Below are positions 61,101 to 64,000 of a DNA stretch of 64,000 nucleotides, piece by piece. Source of the stretch: Auanema rhodensis. Its lineage: Eukaryota; Animalia; Nematoda. The DNA lies in contig OZ059895.1 in NCBI GenBank assembly GCA_964057225.1, positions 12,586,001 through 12,650,000 of the forward strand, read 5' to 3'. Numbering within the stretch: the first letter of the stretch is position 1; every line of letters starts with the position of its first letter. A program made the position numbers and the translations under genes. Under the pieces are notes generated by a model. The model made no database searches. It saw only the letters and a list, made by a program, of their open reading frames with translations, and was not told the DNA's origin.

Positions 61101-62830
61101 ATGGCGGCATCTGGAATTGATATAGGACCTGTGCTAGATTTTAAAAGAGCATATTGATCAAAATCTAATTCTGGTCCTGTTTGCAAAGATATGTGGGAGG
61201 TACTATGTGGTGGAACTGTTACTGTGGACAAACTTATGATATTTACTGTTTTAGTTGTGGTTTTATATGCAAAACAACCAGGTTTTACTAAGGGTGTTTC
61301 CATATTACCAACAATCAACTTTCCTTTACATAGTTTTAATGTAGTAAATATCTCTCTTTCTTCCAACGTACACATAAAATCAGTACCAAGTAACATTTGT
61401 CCTGGACAGTCATTGTCTTCAGATATTAAAAATTCGTGTTCCACTTGGTAACCTGCTATACCCACATCTAACTTGCATTTTCCCACAAAGCGAAACTCTG
61501 ATCCATTTGCAGTGGATGCAGATTTAGAATATTTTGTAAAATATTGTCTTCCAATATATGCCAATGTGGAGAACGGAATATATGAGACCGTAGCTCCAGA
61601 ATCCCATAATGCTAACAGTCCTCTACCTTCAATGTCAATATGAACAAACGGTAACATGTGTCCATTTTTCTTTGTTGTTGTGTGACATACAAAAGGTATG
61701 GCTAAAGGAATGTAAGTTATTATGGTGGGAAAATAGCTCCGCATCAATTCATCACTAACTGTTTCATGAATCTCATCTCCCTCAAGTGGTGGAGCTGTTG
61801 GGCTCAACATGATATGGTTTATTTTTAACATAGAAGTAGGGGAGAGATAACATTTTATAGTGAAATATAATGCTATCATTAGACATAATATCAGAGTTAT
61901 ACAACCGATGGTAATGAGTGTTCGTTCAATTGAACCTATACAAAAGTCAATGAACAGATCCCAATTGGAGAAAACAATTTTCCTGGCATCTCTTATAAGT
62001 TTACTTCCTTTGAAGATGAAAGAGGAAATTTGAGGCCAATCACGTGAACGAGAAATTACGCGGAGAAGATCATGGTGAGGTGAAGTAGATAAACTATAAC
62101 CATAAGTTAATCCAATAGATAGGGCTAAGGATTTTTCAGTCGAATTTTCAAACAAATTCCGCCCTGTGAATCGAAGTTTACTCAATTCAGCATAATGATC
62201 ATGTTTTTCTGAATGAATACTATCTACTTTATGTGTGTCACCTTTATAATCTCTCCATGTTCCATTTTCATACCAAATTTCTGTCTCTTTGTGTTCACAA
62301 TTGATCTCATGTCCTTCAGTGCTCAAATCGTAGCTATCGATAGGAGCAAAGAATAATTGTTTATCGTGTGTTAAAACAGGGGTCTCTGCATAACATTTAT
62401 CATTGTAAGAATGATTACGATAAATGAAATGTGGTTCTATTTCCTGACAAGTTGTTATTTTTAAAACATTTCTTCCAACAAATCGGGCAACGATATCATC
62501 CCGCTGAAGCATAGCTCGTACTCCTATTGTAGGATGTATACGTAATATAGCTTGCCAGCTTTTTACAGTTTCCATTTGAGATTTACAGATGGTATGAAAC
62601 TGTTGATGAAATTCGTCAATTATGGAGAGACGCGCTTTCTCAAACCCATAATTCAACTTATTATCTATTATCGTTTTAGTTTTATGCTCTGATTTGTGGA
62701 GAACATTGTCATATACTTCTGCTACATACAACTCTCGACCTCTCTCGTACGCATTAGGGGTAGGAGTTGTTAAACTACGAATTGTAGTTTTGGTGGAAGT
62801 TATTGGGGTTACAGTAGTATGCTGTACCAT
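58124..62830 (-). CDS. pol: Env(C-terminal)-TM-Pol polyprotein (aspartic protease, RT, RNase H, integrase with GPY/F)
   Basis: 1568-aa ORF. Glycoprotein C-terminal half; TM TLITIGCITLILCLMIALYFTI (~61856-61921); LWDSGAT (61601); SPVVLVKKKD...DFRALN, DLISGFFQI, MPMGL, YLDD (60299-60310); RH ESDGS...E...TDHRPL...DALSR; IN H-x7-H...CTKC, IHVDILGP, TDNG, GQVER, GPY. No chromodomain. Confidence 0.95.
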   Translation of the reverse strand: MVQHTTVTPITSTKTTIRSLTTPTPNAYERGRELYVAEVYDNVLHKSEHKTKTIIDNKLNYGFEKARLSIIDEFHQQFHTICKSQMETVKSWQAILRIHPTIGVRAMLQRDDIVARFVGRNVLKITTCQEIEPHFIYRNHSYNDKCYAETPVLTHDKQLFFAPIDSYDLSTEGHEINCEHKETEIWYENGTWRDYKGDTHKVDSIHSEKHDHYAELSKLRFTGRNLFENSTEKSLALSIGLTYGYSLSTSPHHDLLRVISRSRDWPQISSFIFKGSKLIRDARKIVFSNWDLFIDFCIGSIERTLITIGCITLILCLMIALYFTIKCYLSPTSMLKINHIMLSPTAPPLEGDEIHETVSDELMRSYFPTIITYIPLAIPFVCHTTTKKNGHMLPFVHIDIEGRGLLALWDSGATVSYIPFSTLAYIGRQYFTKYSKSASTANGSEFRFVGKCKLDVGIAGYQVEHEFLISEDNDCPGQMLLGTDFMCTLEEREIFTTLKLCKGKLIVGNMETPLVKPGCFAYKTTTKTVNIISLSTVTVPPHSTSHISLQTGPELDFDQYALLKSSTGPISIPDAAIGPFPITMVVSNNSSKPIKINKNDHIGSGLIASKEIMNDYVPPEADWEDKLPTFPQHLLDDLNFNSCTLSHKMKKNLITIIKENQTAFFNHDHNIGLFCGPVEHAIPIRSDMDFPKSRSYRVPLGKQEEVERQVKEMLSQGIIENSTATFTSPVVLVKKKDNSFRFVTDFRALNSVTKKQTYSIPHIPDIIDLAAGAQFFSNFDLISGFFQIPLKRSDRYLTAFTTPSGTYQYCRMPMGLCGAPHTFQSAVRYLQSLVRCKLFVYLDDLLIISNSAEEHLRDIQEVLKKVTELGLKIKLSKCCFAATEVKFLGFIIGRNGVKPDPAKIQAVSEFPNPSTVTAVRSFLGMTNYFRRFIQNYAGIAEPLYKLTHKDTPFEWKSEHADAFETLKTLLCTAPVLKPPKADQPFVIESDGSMIAVGAVLLQSAEKNSPLHPIAFASRKLTPAERKYPPIEVEALGLVFALQQFRTYVLGVPTTVITDHRPLTSLMSRKDLIGRLAKYQLMIQDFNIKIEYRPGKLNSVCDALSRYIGNEANDSRPTKPKDKVKPVDAFIAHITTISSIDQLNCEEIRKVQAGVPWIREALSQINNDNCPANISDRYEEREGILHAKQAKNYLKPSIILPRNDKITDVVIKFFHEDSKIGAHLGINKTTDAIRRRFFWTNMVPQITEFINRCTKCASRKSNPHQSYIQPMGRFVVPEKPFDRIHVDILGPSPRTNDGHRYILSIQDAFSKWGTTCPLITQTATEITKAFVIRFVFIYGPPMSMITDNGSSFLSSEFQAMCKQFGIEHTTTLPYHKNANGQVERLHRTLEEALSSFVNEQQTNWDIHLPKVMFAINTLPNSSTSISPYVVLFGRDARLPIDHQLPGNNLQTEEPANPTEDFVNRSLIQNESTSNIVKDRIETCTKKNEQRYNTRNRTQNKEIQVNDLVMIKVNSTRNKLTPSFEGPYLVTAVQRSFVVVQTDKGKSRRVHKDFVKPYQRTTSIPVITIS

Positions 62831-62874
62831 ATTTTTATCAGTTGTGATTTGAGTTTTAACCCAACTTATGAATT

Positions 62875-63999
62875 CTAAAACTTCTGTTTTATTGAATTAG
62901 GATTTTCCTGTGGGTATTCGATGGACTGTGGAGGAAATCCATAAAATGCTGTACTATTCTTTGTATAAAGGTTGTGATAGTCAGGCAGCTTGGATATAAT
63001 TGCTAAATCTTGCTCTTGGTTGTTTCTAACAGTAGCATCAGCTTTTTGTTGTCGACTGACTTGCATGTCACGAGATATTTGTTCTTTTCCCGATTGTTGT
63101 TGGATCATAAATAACATGCCTTGAGCAGTTGCAATAATTTCAGATTGATTCATATTTCCACTGCGTGGTAATATAGATGGATATAAGGCTCTTGCCAACT
63201 GTTCAATTGATGGAACTGTTTGTGTACCATCAAGAATTGTGGCTTGATATACTACTGCGTGAGCCATTCCTCGAAAGAAATCTTCTATGGTTGTTGTAGA
63301 TTTCATCAAAGATCTTTTTAACCGAGGAACTTCTATACGACGAGCTACTTGAGTGATAAGATCATCCAATTTCATGCTATTAATCACCTGTCTAGTAGCC
63401 AGTTTAATTTCCTCTATACCCATACATTGTAAAATCAAAAGATTGGGGTCTTTGAAATTATTAGACTTTGCCCAGTTAGTTATGTGATCTTTTGTCAATC
63501 CTAAACTAACAATTGTGTCAATGAACAGTGGATTATCTATCGCGAATTGGAGCAAACTCTCATAAGATGATGTAGCTGCATATCTCATATATTTTGCGTA
63601 AAACTTAGTGATAGATGCAGATCCAAAAATGAAAGTAGGTCTTAGAAATGGAAACGCATATGGTTGGGATTTCGCATTAACAAAAAGATAATCATCACTG
63701 AAAGAGCGATGTTTTTGAGGTAATGCATTACGTTTATTTCTGCGTCTATCAGCATTAAGCAAAGTATTGGAAAGATCAAGCAAATTATAAACACGGGGAT
63801 ATGCTGTGAATCGGATAATTGCCTCAGAAGATGATTCAAAAACAGCGAATTCGAAACAAGATTGAACGTGAGCGGATGTGGAATGATTTTGGAGAACAAA
63901 AGCGCTTTCAATAGAGTGAACTAGAAGAATATGATCACCCAACATGGCGGAGAAGGGGCCAAGTTTTTGATAGTGACAGACAACTGATAGGATAGGTGG
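62875..63999 (-). CDS. env: Env middle part (open to the window edge); out of frame with the downstream env-pol ORF
   Basis: PPILSVVCHYQKLGPFSAMLGDHILLVHSIESAFVL aligns with element A PPLEKHSCSYTSLGSHEVFISEDTILIPGIQSAFIL; furin-like RRRNKR at 63730-63747; ends ...FYGFPP...KF*. Confidence 0.85.
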   Translation of the reverse strand, partial: PPILSVVCHYQKLGPFSAMLGDHILLVHSIESAFVLQNHSTSAHVQSCFEFAVFESSSEAIIRFTAYPRVYNLLDLSNTLLNADRRRNKRNALPQKHRSFSDDYLFVNAKSQPYAFPFLRPTFIFGSASITKFYAKYMRYAATSSYESLLQFAIDNPLFIDTIVSLGLTKDHITNWAKSNNFKDPNLLILQCMGIEEIKLATRQVINSMKLDDLITQVARRIEVPRLKRSLMKSTTTIEDFFRGMAHAVVYQATILDGTQTVPSIEQLARALYPSILPRSGNMNQSEIIATAQGMLFMIQQQSGKEQISRDMQVSRQQKADATVRNNQEQDLAIISKLPDYHNLYTKNSTAFYGFPPQSIEYPQENPNSIKQKF

Positions 64000-64000
64000 T

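Larger units (their letters stand above)
57151..64000 (-). mobile_element. Ty3/gypsy LTR retroelement B (env-pol-3' LTR); 5' part lies outside the window
   Basis: PR-RT-RH-IN domain order, Env ORFs upstream, PPT and LTR downstream. Confidence 0.95.

Overview
AT-rich eukaryotic DNA, almost certainly nematode (the 5S rRNA, tRNA-Ser(GCT) and tRNA-Thr(AGT) sequences are close to the C. elegans genes as I recall them; the transposase gene has short GT-AG introns). The window is a cluster of RNA polymerase III gene arrays, and every array boundary is a mobile element. Order: 5S rDNA array on the minus strand (1-24940; 529-bp full units and 399-bp deleted units) | 3.85-kb Mutator-like (MULE) DNA transposon with 475-bp TIRs, both ends joined to nt +4 of a 5S gene, with the array inverted across it | 5S array on the plus strand (28790-33771) | 3'-truncated LTR retroelement with a gag-env fusion (33772-~40049) | 56 tRNA-Ser(GCT) genes (248-bp unit) | 3' LTR fragment | 9 full plus 1 partial tRNA-Thr(AGT) genes (244-bp unit) | minus-strand Ty3/gypsy element in which env is fused in frame upstream of pol (57151 to window end). 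The best candidate for a new system is an enveloped Ty3/gypsy lineage with gag-env-pol order. It appears to make a membrane-spanning polyprotein: Gag, internal signal peptide, gB-like Env with an inserted domain and mucin stalk, TM, PTAP late motif, then PR-RT-RH-IN. It also appears to integrate 2-5 bp upstream of tRNA genes. The second candidate is a MULE transposon that may target the 5S gene 5' end. All protein family calls come from motif recognition by eye; no searches were run.
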